From an uncultured delta proteobacterium (GTDB lineage: Bacteria; Desulfobacterota; Syntrophia; Syntrophales; UBA2185): DNA of 64,000 bases. Of the stretch, positions 51,055-60,671 are shown in pieces. The stretch lies in contig CAVSPA010000007.1 in assembly GCA_963729715.1 (NCBI GenBank), forward strand, positions 96,001 to 160,000, given 5' to 3'. The first letter of the stretch is position 1. Every line of letters starts with the position of its first letter. A program made the translations under genes and the position numbers. Below the pieces are notes generated by a model. It was not told the origin of the DNA, did no database searches, and saw only the letters and a list, made by a program, of their open reading frames with translations.

Positions 51055-51102
51055 ACCTTCCTCGGCTGTTCGGAAGCAAAAAATCTTGCCCAACACTTGT
51101 TA

Positions 51103-51504
51103 TTATTTGGCCTTGACGTTTGCTTTAATGAAACCGACGATCGCATCCGTTGATGTTCCCGGTCCAAAGATTTCAGCTATGCCTGCCTTCTTCAGAGTTG
51201 GGATATCTTCCAAGGGGATGATGCCGCCCCCGACAACCAAAACGTTGCCAAGCTTCTTGGCCTTCAGCAGCTCGACCACCCTTGGAAAGAAATAGTTATG
51301 GACTCCCGAAAGACTGCTCAGACCGACAACGTCAGCATCCTCCTGCAGCGCCGCCTCGACAATCATTTCCGGTGTCTGCCTTAATCCGGTGTAGACGACT
51401 TCCATACCGGCCTCAGCAAAGATACGGGACAGGAGTTTGGCCCCCCGATCATGGCCATCCAGCCCGGGTTTTGCAACGATAATTTTTATCTTTTTTTCTG
51501 CCAT
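51103..51504 (-). CDS. Acyl-CoA mutase cobalamin-binding small subunit
   Basis: [10 protein letters not shown] (DxHxxG), SSL and GGGIIP. Confidence 0.93.
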   Translation of the reverse strand: MAEKKIKIIVAKPGLDGHDRGAKLLSRIFAEAGMEVVYTGLRQTPEMIVEAALQEDADVVGLSSLSGVHNYFFPRVVELLKAKKLGNVLVVGGGIIPLEDIPTLKKAGIAEIFGPGTSTDAIVGFIKANVKAK

Positions 51505-51523
51505 TGTAAGTCACCTCCACGCA

Positions 51524-53203
51524 TCATGAAATAAATTCCTTGGGTCGATACTGCCCGAAAATCTCGCGCCACACGTCACAAACTTCGCCGACGGTAGCCC
51601 CGGCCTTTACTGCCTCAATAACGGTCGGCATCACGTTCGTATCCGTCTTGGAAACCTCTCGAAGCTTGTCCAGGGCTTTCTGCCAGGCGTCCTTGTTGCG
51701 CTTGGCTCGCCATTGCTTCAGTTCCGCAGCCTTTTCCTCGCCAACCTTCATGTCCACCCTGAGGAGGTCAGTTACAGGGGGCTCCTCCATGGTATACTTG
51801 TTGACCCCTACGTATGCCCGTTCTTTGGAGTCAATCTCCTTCTGGAAACGGTATGCGCTGTTCTGAATTTCCTTCTGGATGAATCCCTGCTCGATGGCAG
51901 TCAGGGTTCCACCCATGGCGTCTATCTTCTTGATGTAGTCGTTAATCTCCGCTTCGATCTTATCGGTCAGGTACTCGACGTAATAAGAACCGGCAAGCGG
52001 ATCAACAGTAACGCAGGCGCCGCTTTCCTCGGCGACAATCTGCTGTGTACGGAGAGCCACGGTCACTGCGCCCTGGGTGGGGAGACACAGTGCTTCGTCG
52101 TACGAATTGGTGTGAAGAGACTGGCATCCGCCGAGCACTGCGGCGAACGTCTGTAAGCCGACCCTGACGATGTTGTTGAGAGGCTGCTGCGCCGTGAGGG
52201 TAACGCCGCCGGTCTGCACATGATATCTCAACATCATGGAGCGGGGGTCCTTTGCCTTAAATCTATCTTTCATGATCTTGGCCCAGACGCGTCTTCCTGC
52301 CCTGAATTTGGCGACCTCTTCGAGGACATCGGTAAAGGAATTGAAGAAGAAGGAAAGACGTGGCGCAAAATCGTCCACCGCTATACCTCTTGCTGCACAG
52401 GCATCAGCGTATGCGATTCCATCGGCGATGGTAAAGGCCATTTCCTGGGCGGCAGTGGAGCCTGATTCACGGATATGGTACCCGCTGATGCTTATGCTGT
52501 TCCAGCGGGGAACTTGTTTCTGGCAGAACTCGATCAGATCAACGGTGAGACGCATGGTCGGCTTTGGGGGATAGATATACTGACCGCGGCAGATGATTTC
52601 CTTCAACACGTCGTTCTGTATGGTTCCACCCAGTTTGTCATACGTGACGCCTTGTTCTTCCGCAACGGACACGTACATGGCAAGCAGCACGGTGGCCGCG
52701 GCATTGACCGTCATGGACGTCGTGACCTTATCGAGAGGAATCTTGTCAAAAAGTATACGCATATCGCCAATATGGTCGATGGCTGCACCAACCTTTCCCA
52801 CCTCGCCCATGGACAGGGGATGATCGCTGTCATAACCCGCCTGCGTGGGAAGATGGAAGGCGACGCTCAGTCCGGTCTGCCCCTGACCCAAGAGGTAGCG
52901 GTAGCGGGCATTCGTTTCCTTGGCGCTGCCGAACCCAGCGTACTGGCGCATGGTCCAGAACCTGCCCCGATACATATTGGGCTGAACTCCCCGTGTATAT
53001 GGATATTCACCGGGATAGCCGAGGTCTCCATCGTAATTCAGTCCCGCAACTTCCGCCGGGGTGTAGACGCATTCGACAGGGATGCCGGACCAGGTGCTTA
53101 AAGCCTTCTTTTCAGGGGCTTTGCTCAAGGTCTTCGCCAGGGTCCCTTCCGACCATTTCTTCTTCCCGGCTTTGATCTTTTCCAAATCCTTCTCGTTAAA
53201 CAT
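51524..53203 (-). CDS. Methylmalonyl-CoA mutase-family large (substrate-binding) subunit
   Basis: PYTRG, WTMRQYAGF, TIQNDVLKE...RG, SISGYH and LHTNSYDEA. Confidence 0.93.
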   Translation of the reverse strand: MFNEKDLEKIKAGKKKWSEGTLAKTLSKAPEKKALSTWSGIPVECVYTPAEVAGLNYDGDLGYPGEYPYTRGVQPNMYRGRFWTMRQYAGFGSAKETNARYRYLLGQGQTGLSVAFHLPTQAGYDSDHPLSMGEVGKVGAAIDHIGDMRILFDKIPLDKVTTSMTVNAAATVLLAMYVSVAEEQGVTYDKLGGTIQNDVLKEIICRGQYIYPPKPTMRLTVDLIEFCQKQVPRWNSISISGYHIRESGSTAAQEMAFTIADGIAYADACAARGIAVDDFAPRLSFFFNSFTDVLEEVAKFRAGRRVWAKIMKDRFKAKDPRSMMLRYHVQTGGVTLTAQQPLNNIVRVGLQTFAAVLGGCQSLHTNSYDEALCLPTQGAVTVALRTQQIVAEESGACVTVDPLAGSYYVEYLTDKIEAEINDYIKKIDAMGGTLTAIEQGFIQKEIQNSAYRFQKEIDSKERAYVGVNKYTMEEPPVTDLLRVDMKVGEEKAAELKQWRAKRNKDAWQKALDKLREVSKTDTNVMPTVIEAVKAGATVGEVCDVWREIFGQYRPKEFIS

Positions 53204-53363
53204 AGTCTACCTCCTAAAGATGATATCAATAGGAAATCCTTGAATAAAAACCCATCCGCTAGATGTTAATACATAAAGTGTTTATAAATTGCTGTCATTT
53301 CGGCACTTACTGCCGTTATTCAAGGGTTTCAATATTGGTGGGCAAATTGGTTTTTCGCGTGCC

Positions 53364-53392
53364 TTCCTATCATTGAAAACGGTTTCTGTCAA
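53364..53392 (-). promoter_or_regulatory. Putative sigma70 promoter of the mutase operon
   Basis: Minus strand TTGACA-17 bp-TAGGAA with extended TG. Confidence 0.45.
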
Positions 53393-53446
53393 CCATTTTC
53401 TGATAGAAAGTTGCAGATTTATCCTTGTGGATTAGGTTAGAAAGGC

Positions 53447-53495
53447 AACATCGTAAAAAGTCCCGTTGGCAAAGATGGCAACTTTTTACGATGTT
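53447..53495. repeat. Miniature inverted-repeat element
   Basis: Perfect 15-bp inverted repeat AACATCGTAAAAAGT / ACTTTTTACGATGTT with a 19-bp spacer. Confidence 0.7.
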
Positions 53496-53522
53496 ATAAA
53501 TTGCGGGGCAGATGAAGACTGA

Positions 53523-53816
53523 TCAGTCCTCATAATCCTCGGTAAAAACACGCACCTTCCTCTCGGCGGTGATGAGGGGCTCAATCATATCCTCCACTGA
53601 CAAACGCTGTCTTGCATTTTGCCATAGTTTCCAAGCGTCCATGGTGGTCCATGTGCTGATGACGAGAAAGAGTGAAGGATCATCCGCTGCCCGGAGCGTC
53701 TCGCCGGTGATGTAGCCCAGCTGCCGCAGTGCCGCCATCCTCAATTCACGCAACACGTCCCGAAGCTGTTTTTCCTTACCGGGCTGGCATTTTCTTTCAA
53801 TCATTACTCTTATCAT
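53523..53816 (-). CDS. Antibiotic biosynthesis monooxygenase (ABM)-family protein
   Basis: 97 aa; GYITGETL and FLVISTW...AWK.W pattern; RBS GGAGG. Confidence 0.8.
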   Translation of the reverse strand: MIRVMIERKCQPGKEKQLRDVLRELRMAALRQLGYITGETLRAADDPSLFLVISTWTTMDAWKLWQNARQRLSVEDMIEPLITAERKVRVFTEDYED

Positions 53817-54040
53817 GTTGCACCTCCCATTTGATGTAATCTCTTTTTCTTGCAGTCAATTCAAAGCTAAATACGAACAGATACTTTCCGCACCATTATA
53901 TAAAATGATGAGATAATTTAATGGATTAGTCAAGACAAATATGGACAGGATATCTTAAGAAAAATACATGAAAAATTATGATGGACTGTGAATATCTGGG
54001 GTGGGGTTTGCCGAATGTGCTCCTGGTCAGGAAGTGTGAC

Positions 54041-54760
54041 CTAGAGGGTACTTGTAATCGTCATCTTTCGAGCTAACTTGTGTCTAACCCAAAGTCTTCC
54101 GGCAGCTACAACCCCTATGGTAAAGAATGCCTCCACACAGTACGTAAAAACGTTCGAGGGTTTCAACAATTCAATGACAAAGGGATCGGTCACCATCATC
54201 TCGCCTCCCACCTGCCCCAGAACCGCAGCGCCGATATATATGATTAGCGAATATTTATCCATGAGCAGGACAAGCAGGGTACTAGCAAACATTACGATCG
54301 GGATACTAAGGCCCAGACCGAATATAAGAAGAAAAAAATTGCCTTTGGAAGCCGCGGCAACAGCCAGAACATTATCAAGGGACATAGTGACATCGGCAAC
54401 GATGATGATCCAGATAGCATGCCATAGAGTCTTTGCTTCTTTCTGAAATTTGTCTTCCGGAACCCCTTCGATGAGAAGTTTTATGGCAATCCAGATTATG
54501 ACGCCACCGCCTATAAGCTTGACATATTGAATCTGCAGAAGCATGGCCGCAAAGAAAGTCAGAACCACTCGGAGAACGATCGCCGCTCCGACCCCGAAGG
54601 CAATTCCTTTCATCCGTTGCTTCCCCGGCAGTGACTTCACTGCCATGGCTATGACAAAGGCATTGTCGCCCGAAAGAACGAGATTTACTAATATGATACT
54701 GAGAAATCCGATGAGAAAATCCCAGGTAAAATGAATCTGCCCAAGTACCCCTAAATCCAT
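54041..54760 (-). CDS. TerC-family (YjbE-like) membrane protein
   Basis: LSGDNA, ADVTMSLDNVLAVA and FGLGLSIP. Confidence 0.9.
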   Translation of the reverse strand: MDLGVLGQIHFTWDFLIGFLSIILVNLVLSGDNAFVIAMAVKSLPGKQRMKGIAFGVGAAIVLRVVLTFFAAMLLQIQYVKLIGGGVIIWIAIKLLIEGVPEDKFQKEAKTLWHAIWIIIVADVTMSLDNVLAVAAASKGNFFLLIFGLGLSIPIVMFASTLLVLLMDKYSLIIYIGAAVLGQVGGEMMVTDPFVIELLKPSNVFTYCVEAFFTIGVVAAGRLWVRHKLARKMTITSTL

Positions 54761-54786
54761 ACCATTCCCTTCACGATGTCATGTAT

Positions 54787-54836
54787 TTGAAGCTCTCCCC
54801 AACAAGCTATGGGGAATGTGCTCGCTACCGAATTCA
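54787..54836 (+). repeat. Short copy of the TTGA...TTCA element in the terC leader
   Basis: TTGAAGCTCTCCCCAACAAGCTATGGGGAATGTGCTCGCTACCGAATTCA. Confidence 0.7.
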
Positions 54837-54933
54837 GATTGCCACAGTTTCCTTGGGAAGCCTGTTCCCCCGTAAGCTGGGAGCGCCGATACTCGGCGCC
54901 CGCGGTGGAAATTTTCCCACCCCCCTGCGAACG

Positions 54934-54966
54934 TAAAAAGGCGCCCCGGTTTACCCGGGGCGCCTT
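54934..54966 (-). terminator. Intrinsic terminator
   Basis: Minus strand AAGGCGCCCCGG-gtaaa-CCGGGGCGCCTTTTTT. Confidence 0.85.
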
Positions 54967-55005
54967 AACCATTACATTACAGTTCCCAAAATCACAACTC
55001 GGAAA

Positions 55006-55132
55006 CTAACAAACCTTCTTCTCGGGCACCTTCGTCATGACGATAATCGCGCATGCAATGGCACAGACAACGGCGCCGCAGATAAACGGAATGTAGTACG
55101 TACCAGTCGAATCCTTCAACCAGCCGCCCACC
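55006..55132 (-). pseudogene. C-terminal remnant of an MFS (OFA-like) transporter
   Basis: Translates [45 protein letters not shown], the last-helix pattern of MFS carriers; no in-frame ATG or RBS seen. Confidence 0.6.
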
Positions 55133-55164
55133 CTAAGCCATTTGTATTGTTCCACCAATCCGAC

Positions 55165-55752
55165 TTATGCCTTCTTCTTGACCAAGGGGCCGCCCACGGG
55201 CCACACATTTTTTCCGTACAACTGCAGAAAGATCACATGGCCCATCATGTACAATGCGAGCAGGGCGCAAATAACCAGATCGACAGCGGTGATGAACAAT
55301 ACCTCCTTCATGCCGGCCAGAAATACCAGATCAAGGCCGATAAATCCAAGCAACAGTGTCAGGAATGTCAAAAACATTGCCATGTGGATCGCGAACGAAC
55401 CGATAAAAAAGATCACTGTTATAACCGTAAAAACAAACAGAAAACATCCGACATCCGTCCCTGTAATCTTAAGAGGAGCTCCGATCGACGTGCCGGGTAC
55501 GCCCTGCAAATCCATGATCAGAAGGATACATGAGAAAGCGATCCAGAATGCGCCATATGTTGCAAATGCACTATACCCGAAGTTATTTCCTGTCTTGAAC
55601 TCCTGGAGCCCCGCGATCAACTGGGTAGTGCCACCAAAAAATAAAGCGCAGCAAAAGATAACCCCGCTTCCACACAAGCCAAGGTTATGTAGCTGGAGCA
55701 ATAACGTGGTTACACCGAAACCTGCCAAACCAACAACGGCGGGATTTGCCAT
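55165..55752 (-). CDS. satP: Acetate uptake transporter (SatP/YaaH/GPR1-FUN34 family)
   Basis: ANPAVVGLAGFG, GG..Q..AG..E and YGAFW signatures; RBS GGAGG. Confidence 0.9.
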   Translation of the reverse strand: MANPAVVGLAGFGVTTLLLQLHNLGLCGSGVIFCCALFFGGTTQLIAGLQEFKTGNNFGYSAFATYGAFWIAFSCILLIMDLQGVPGTSIGAPLKITGTDVGCFLFVFTVITVIFFIGSFAIHMAMFLTFLTLLLGFIGLDLVFLAGMKEVLFITAVDLVICALLALYMMGHVIFLQLYGKNVWPVGGPLVKKKA

Positions 55753-56033
55753 AATGAACCTCCTTTTTTAGTTTTAGTAATAAATAATGAATATGACTCT
55801 TTCTCTTCCCGTTCACCACAAAACACCTCAGTTATCCCTGTCTTTACTTCCCCCCTTTCAACAATTAAATAAAGTAAACAATAATGACTCCCGATCAATA
55901 GCCATTGCCAACGACGTGATATTTTTCCCGGTTATTACACCATTGCGCAATGACTTCTTTCGCCGTTTATAAAAAATGCCTTACTTTAAATGTCCCTTCC
56001 TACCCTCCTTTCTTTACGGATTTTAAAAATAAA

Positions 56034-56570
56034 TTATTTCTTGATAGCCCTCTTTAAGAAGTAGCCTTCCGCGTCAATTACATCCCGGAGCAGATGCATA
56101 TCCTCTTCTGTCGGTTCTGCCATTTCCGGCACTTTGGGAGGAATGATCAATTCAAATTCTATCATATCCTGAATCTGCTGCAGTCTAAAACCGGGTCTGA
56201 CTTCCAAGAGCTTCATTCTCTTGGTCTTCTCGTCGAAGCCGAACAGAGCCTGCTGCGTGGTTACCCTGTAAGGGCCGGAAACCATAACACCCGCTTTCTC
56301 CCTATAGTCTAAAGAACCATCTCCGTATCCGACACTCGTAATAAAATCTAGCTGTTTGGCAAACCTTCTCTTCTCTAGGACCATGATGGCTATGGTTTTC
56401 CCGCAGTTAGCAGCCATAGCTCCGGCGCCGCCGCTCCCTGGGAAGCGGATGTCGGGCTTGTTGTAGTAACTTCCTTCGATGGTGGAACTGATATTGCCAT
56501 ACATGTCAATCTGCGCGCCTCCGATGAAGGCATAGTCTGCATATCCTCTTGAGTTTGCCTCCGGTTTCAA
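56034..56570 (-). pseudogene. 5'-truncated glutaconate CoA-transferase beta-subunit-like gene
   Basis: FIGGAQIDMYGNI, RFPGSGGA, DFITS.G and EPTEE motifs. Similarity starts mid-domain and no alpha subunit is nearby. Confidence 0.7.
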
Positions 56571-57090
56571 TTCTTTTTCCGCAACTCGTGCTTTCTGTTG
56601 CTTTCCCTGGTCGAGATGTCTTGAATTTTGTGTTCCGTGCCGGAAACACCGACCATAATTTATTTAGCTTTAACCTCCCATAGGGACCAAATATTTTTTA
56701 CAAGCAAGCGATAGACATGTACGGTGATTTTTTTCTTTTTGAGTTGTGATTGCAACATCGTCATAAAAAAGTTCGTAACTTGATTTAGATTGTGCAATAG
56801 AGATATTGGCAACTGATATTGTCAATAGTGGTGGATTACGTTAAAGTGACGCGGTTTTACCATTTCAAGAGACCGATGTCAATTATTTTCTGGCATTGGT
56901 CTTGAACTTCTCCGATATGCCGGAAGGTCATGCAAGGCATATGCTGCATAGCATGCGGTGCAGTAACTCTGTATCTTTTCCATGTGCCTGCGGGCTTTAC
57001 TTTTCCAAAGCCAACAAATTTATCATTGTAATAAGCGCAAAAACCGATTAAGTAAAAAAGAGGTCACTTTAGAGAGGTTTTATTCGGCGG

Positions 57091-57525
57091 ATGGATGATG
57101 AAAATAAAATTCTGGAAGATATGCAAGCCATCCTGCGCGAAAAGGCCAGGGAGATTTATCCAGAAAAAGTATTTGATTACGGAACGAATCCTGAAAATTA
57201 TGGTGCCATAGACAGTCCTGACGGCTATGCGGAAAAGTCCGACGAATGCGGCAGGGACATAAAAATGTTTCTTCGCGTGCGACACGGGAAAGTCGAGGAG
57301 TCAAGGTTCACTGCCGAAGGGTGCATATTTACCGTTGCCGCCTGCAATGCGGCGGCAGAGATGTCGAGAGGAAGAACAATCCGTGAATGTCTCAAGATCA
57401 ACAGGAGCTCGATCTCCGAGCATCTGGGAGGTCTGCCTCACGACCATAGCCACTGTGCCCTGCTGGCGGCCCTTCTTTTCCAAAAGGCACTGAGAAGCTA
57501 TATGGAAAAGAACAATAAACTATAG
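57091..57525 (+). CDS. NifU/IscU N-terminal-like Fe-S scaffold protein
   Basis: NP.NYG, CG, F.AEGC and LGGLP...HCA, with three conserved Cys. Confidence 0.8.
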   Translation: MDDENKILEDMQAILREKAREIYPEKVFDYGTNPENYGAIDSPDGYAEKSDECGRDIKMFLRVRHGKVEESRFTAEGCIFTVAACNAAAEMSRGRTIRECLKINRSSISEHLGGLPHDHSHCALLAALLFQKALRSYMEKNNKL

Positions 57526-57641
57526 ATGTTCCAATCAATAAACAATTTGATGCAGATTAAGACAATATGGCAGTGCCGAGTTCCTTTATGTCCGGGCGCC
57601 GCGCATGATATATAATCAAAAAATGAATGGAGTGATAATCT

Positions 57642-58610
57642 TTGGATAAAGCAACTATTCCCGATCATGTATATGATATAGTGATCATTGGCGGAGGGCC
57701 GGCCGGTTTGACGGCAGGCATTTATGCAACGAGGGCCAGCCTCAGGACTCTGCTGATAGAAGGCGCCTCTTCCGTAAGCCAGATTATCGTTACGGATATA
57801 ATAGAGAACTATCCGGGTATGCCCGAAGGTATCGGCGGCTTTGAACTTGTTGAACGATTTAAGAAACAGGCTCTCCAATTCGGCATGGAGATGACATCAG
57901 AGGACGTCATCGGCATCGCAAAGACCCGCTGGGGCGATACGGAAGGGTGGAAGGTAACATCAGCGGGGAAAGACTATGAGGCGCTTGCCGTTATTGTAGC
58001 AACGGGGGCGTACTGGCGCAAACTGGGAGTCAGGGGGGAAGACGTTTTTATAGGCAAGGGAGTCTCGTACTGTGCAACCTGCGACGGTCCCATTTACAGG
58101 AACAGGGATGTTGTGGTCGTAGGAGGCGGAGATGCTGCCGTTAAGGAAGCTATCTTTCTCACCAAATTCGCCAGGAAGGTCACGATCGTTCATCGCCGCA
58201 ACCGACTGCGGGCGGTAAAGGTCCTTGAGAAGAGGGCCCTTGCCAACAGCAAAATTGAATTCGCCTGGAATTCAGTGGTTGAGGAAATATCGGGAGGAAA
58301 CGTAGTTGAGAAAGTGAAAATCAGAGACGTTAAGTCACCAGATATCGGAAGAGAGATATCCGCCCAGGGGGTGTTTATATTTATCGGCCTGACTCCAAAA
58401 ACGGATATGGTTCGCGGCATCGTGGATCTCGACGATGGCGGATATATTATTGTGGATGCAGATATGCAGACTTCGACAACGGGTATATTTGCCGCAGGTG
58501 ACTGTATAAGAAAAGGTCTTCGCCAGATAATTACAGCATGTGGAGATGGGGCAACTGCGGCAGCTTCCGCTCAGCACTATGTAGAGGAGTTGAAAGGTGA
58601 ATCTTATTAG
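57642..58610 (+). CDS. trxB: Thioredoxin reductase
   Basis: GGGPAG, ENYPG, CATCDG, GGGD, HRR and FAAGD. Confidence 0.95.
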   Translation: MDKATIPDHVYDIVIIGGGPAGLTAGIYATRASLRTLLIEGASSVSQIIVTDIIENYPGMPEGIGGFELVERFKKQALQFGMEMTSEDVIGIAKTRWGDTEGWKVTSAGKDYEALAVIVATGAYWRKLGVRGEDVFIGKGVSYCATCDGPIYRNRDVVVVGGGDAAVKEAIFLTKFARKVTIVHRRNRLRAVKVLEKRALANSKIEFAWNSVVEEISGGNVVEKVKIRDVKSPDIGREISAQGVFIFIGLTPKTDMVRGIVDLDDGGYIIVDADMQTSTTGIFAAGDCIRKGLRQIITACGDGATAAASAQHYVEELKGESY

Positions 58611-59448
58611 CTGGCAGCATCTTCCCGAGCACATGAGTCCGATTATCTTTGAGATCGGTTCCTTTCAGATTCGCTATTACAGTCTCATGTATCTTATCGC
58701 ATTTTTCTTGACCTATATCCTCGTCTCTTACCGGATAAAACATGAGGATTATAAGTATTCGGCAGAGACAATTCAGGACTTCTTCATCTGGGCCATCACG
58801 GGACTCATAGTCGGCGCAAGGTTCGGTTATGTCCTCTTTTACAATCTTGCCCATTACGTAAAACATCCCCTTGAGATTATCCTCCCTTTCGATTTCTCCC
58901 ACGGCATGCAGTACGTTGGTATCAGCGGCATGTCCTACCACGGGGGCGCGATCGGCGTCCTCATAGCGTCGGTTATTTTTTGCCGTAAACATAAGATAGA
59001 CTTCTGGCGGTTTGCCGAGTTATTCTGCCCTGCCATCCCTCTCGGATATACCTTTGGCAGAATCGGTAATTTCATCAATGGCGAGCTTTACGGCAGGATT
59101 ACCACGATGCCGTGGGGCATGTATTTTCCGCTGGATTTGACCCACCAGCTGCGTCACCCTTCCCAGCTCTACGAGGCTCTTTTTGAGGGGGTCTTTCTCT
59201 TCATCGTCCTCTGGAGCGTCAGAAAGAAAAGTCCCTTTGACGGCTTCATCTTTGCCCTGTATATTTTCGGGTACGGGTTGGTTCGCTTTATCATCGAGTT
59301 TTTCCGCGAGCCGGATTCGCAACTGGGTCTCTTCGGAGGAATCCTGAGCATGGGACAGATGCTCTGTATCCTGATGATGCTTGCCGGCGTTTGTATCTAT
59401 TTTCTCGCCCGGAAACGAAAGACAGGGGCACGTTTAAGACCGGCGTAA
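58597..59448 (+). CDS. lgt: Prolipoprotein diacylglyceryl transferase
   Basis: GMSYHGG, GRIGNFINGELYGR, HPSQLYE and EFFREPD. Confidence 0.95.
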   Translation: MNLISWQHLPEHMSPIIFEIGSFQIRYYSLMYLIAFFLTYILVSYRIKHEDYKYSAETIQDFFIWAITGLIVGARFGYVLFYNLAHYVKHPLEIILPFDFSHGMQYVGISGMSYHGGAIGVLIASVIFCRKHKIDFWRFAELFCPAIPLGYTFGRIGNFINGELYGRITTMPWGMYFPLDLTHQLRHPSQLYEALFEGVFLFIVLWSVRKKSPFDGFIFALYIFGYGLVRFIIEFFREPDSQLGLFGGILSMGQMLCILMMLAGVCIYFLARKRKTGARLRPA

Positions 59449-59478
59449 ACAGGATAACTGTCTACGGAGCTCCAGCTT

Positions 59479-60270
59479 ATGGCACATGAAATTACTCTGC
59501 GCAGTCCCCTTAGTTCACAATTAAAATTATGGAACAAGCTATACCAGGCCAAGTATCGCCATAAGGAAGGACTCTTTCTCGCTGAAGGCTATAAAGTCGT
59601 CCAGGGATTGCTCAACAGCAAATGGAAAACCGGCGCAATTCTGGTGATGAAGAGAAAAAGCCCCGATTGGCACGCTTTTCTTTCCACCATTCCGCAAGGA
59701 ATCGACGTCTATGGACTGTCGGAAAGGGAATGGGATGCACTAAGTCAGGATAAAGAGCCGGAGGGTGTCATGGCAGTCGCAGCCATGCCTGCGCACGCTG
59801 ACATCAACACAGTGCTGGCGCACAGTTCGGGTCATATTCTCCTGCTGTATCAAATAGGCAATCCCAACAATCTCGGCGCTGTGGTACGAGCCGCACACTG
59901 GTTCGGTATAGAAACAATAATACTCAGCACCGGCTCAGCAGATTTCACAAATCCCAAGGTCGTGCGATCCGCCATGGGAACTCTTTTCCATATGCGCATG
60001 ATACAGGATGTCAATTTTTCTGAAACCCTGCCGGTAATAAAAGAACATTTTTTTCTCGTAGGCTCTCATATAAGAAAGGGTGTAGCACCGCACGCGTGCA
60101 AACAAAGAACGGCCCTCCTCTTGGGCAGCGAAAGTCATGGATTGCCGGAAGCCTTGCTTCCTTTGGCTGATGAGCTGTGGCATATCCCTGGTCTCGGAAT
60201 AGCGGATTCCCTGAGCCTGCCTCAGGCAGCGGCAATCATGATGTATGAATGCGCCAAACAGAATGCATGA
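59479..60270 (+). CDS. TrmH/SpoU-family RNA methyltransferase
   Basis: F.AEG, NPNNLGAVVR, KVVRSAMG, GSESHGL and DSL. Confidence 0.9.
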   Translation: MAHEITLRSPLSSQLKLWNKLYQAKYRHKEGLFLAEGYKVVQGLLNSKWKTGAILVMKRKSPDWHAFLSTIPQGIDVYGLSEREWDALSQDKEPEGVMAVAAMPAHADINTVLAHSSGHILLLYQIGNPNNLGAVVRAAHWFGIETIILSTGSADFTNPKVVRSAMGTLFHMRMIQDVNFSETLPVIKEHFFLVGSHIRKGVAPHACKQRTALLLGSESHGLPEALLPLADELWHIPGLGIADSLSLPQAAAIMMYECAKQNA

Positions 60271-60611
60271 TGCAGGAATCAAAGGCGGATGAAATGGAAT
60301 CCTACATTCAAGTGGTGACAACAACAGAAAAAAAAGAAGACGCAGAGAAAATTGCCGCGTGCCTCGTTGAGAAGAGGCTTGCGGCCTGCGTGCAGATAGC
60401 AGGGCCCATAAGCAGTCTCTACCGCTGGAAGGGGAAGATCGAAAGAGCCCAAGAGTGGCAATGCTGGATAAAAAGCAAAGAGGTTCTTTACAAAGAAATT
60501 GAGAAAGCCATCAAATCTGTTCATCCTTACGAAGTACCGGAAATCATCGCTATGCCGATTGTTGCAGGGAGTCGTGACTATCTGGCATGGCTTGAAAGCG
60601 AAGTCACCTGA
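60267..60611 (+). CDS. cutA: Divalent-cation tolerance protein
   Basis: LVEKRLAACVQ, YRWKGKIE and HPYEVPEI; start uncertain (60267-60294). Confidence 0.92.
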   Translation: MMQESKADEMESYIQVVTTTEKKEDAEKIAACLVEKRLAACVQIAGPISSLYRWKGKIERAQEWQCWIKSKEVLYKEIEKAIKSVHPYEVPEIIAMPIVAGSRDYLAWLESEVT

Positions 60612-60671
60612 ATAACAAAAGGGAAACGGCTGGTGTATGAAACCGTTTTAAAAAATATGTGTGATAAATAA

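Noticed and set aside
54837..54925. Canonical yybP-ykoY Mn2+ riboswitch upstream of terC
   Set aside because: Expected conserved motifs not recognised; kept only as an unassigned structured-leader candidate.
56891..56906. Sigma54-like promoter TGGCAT-N5-TTGAA
   Set aside because: The -12 element lacks the conserved GC; insufficient support.
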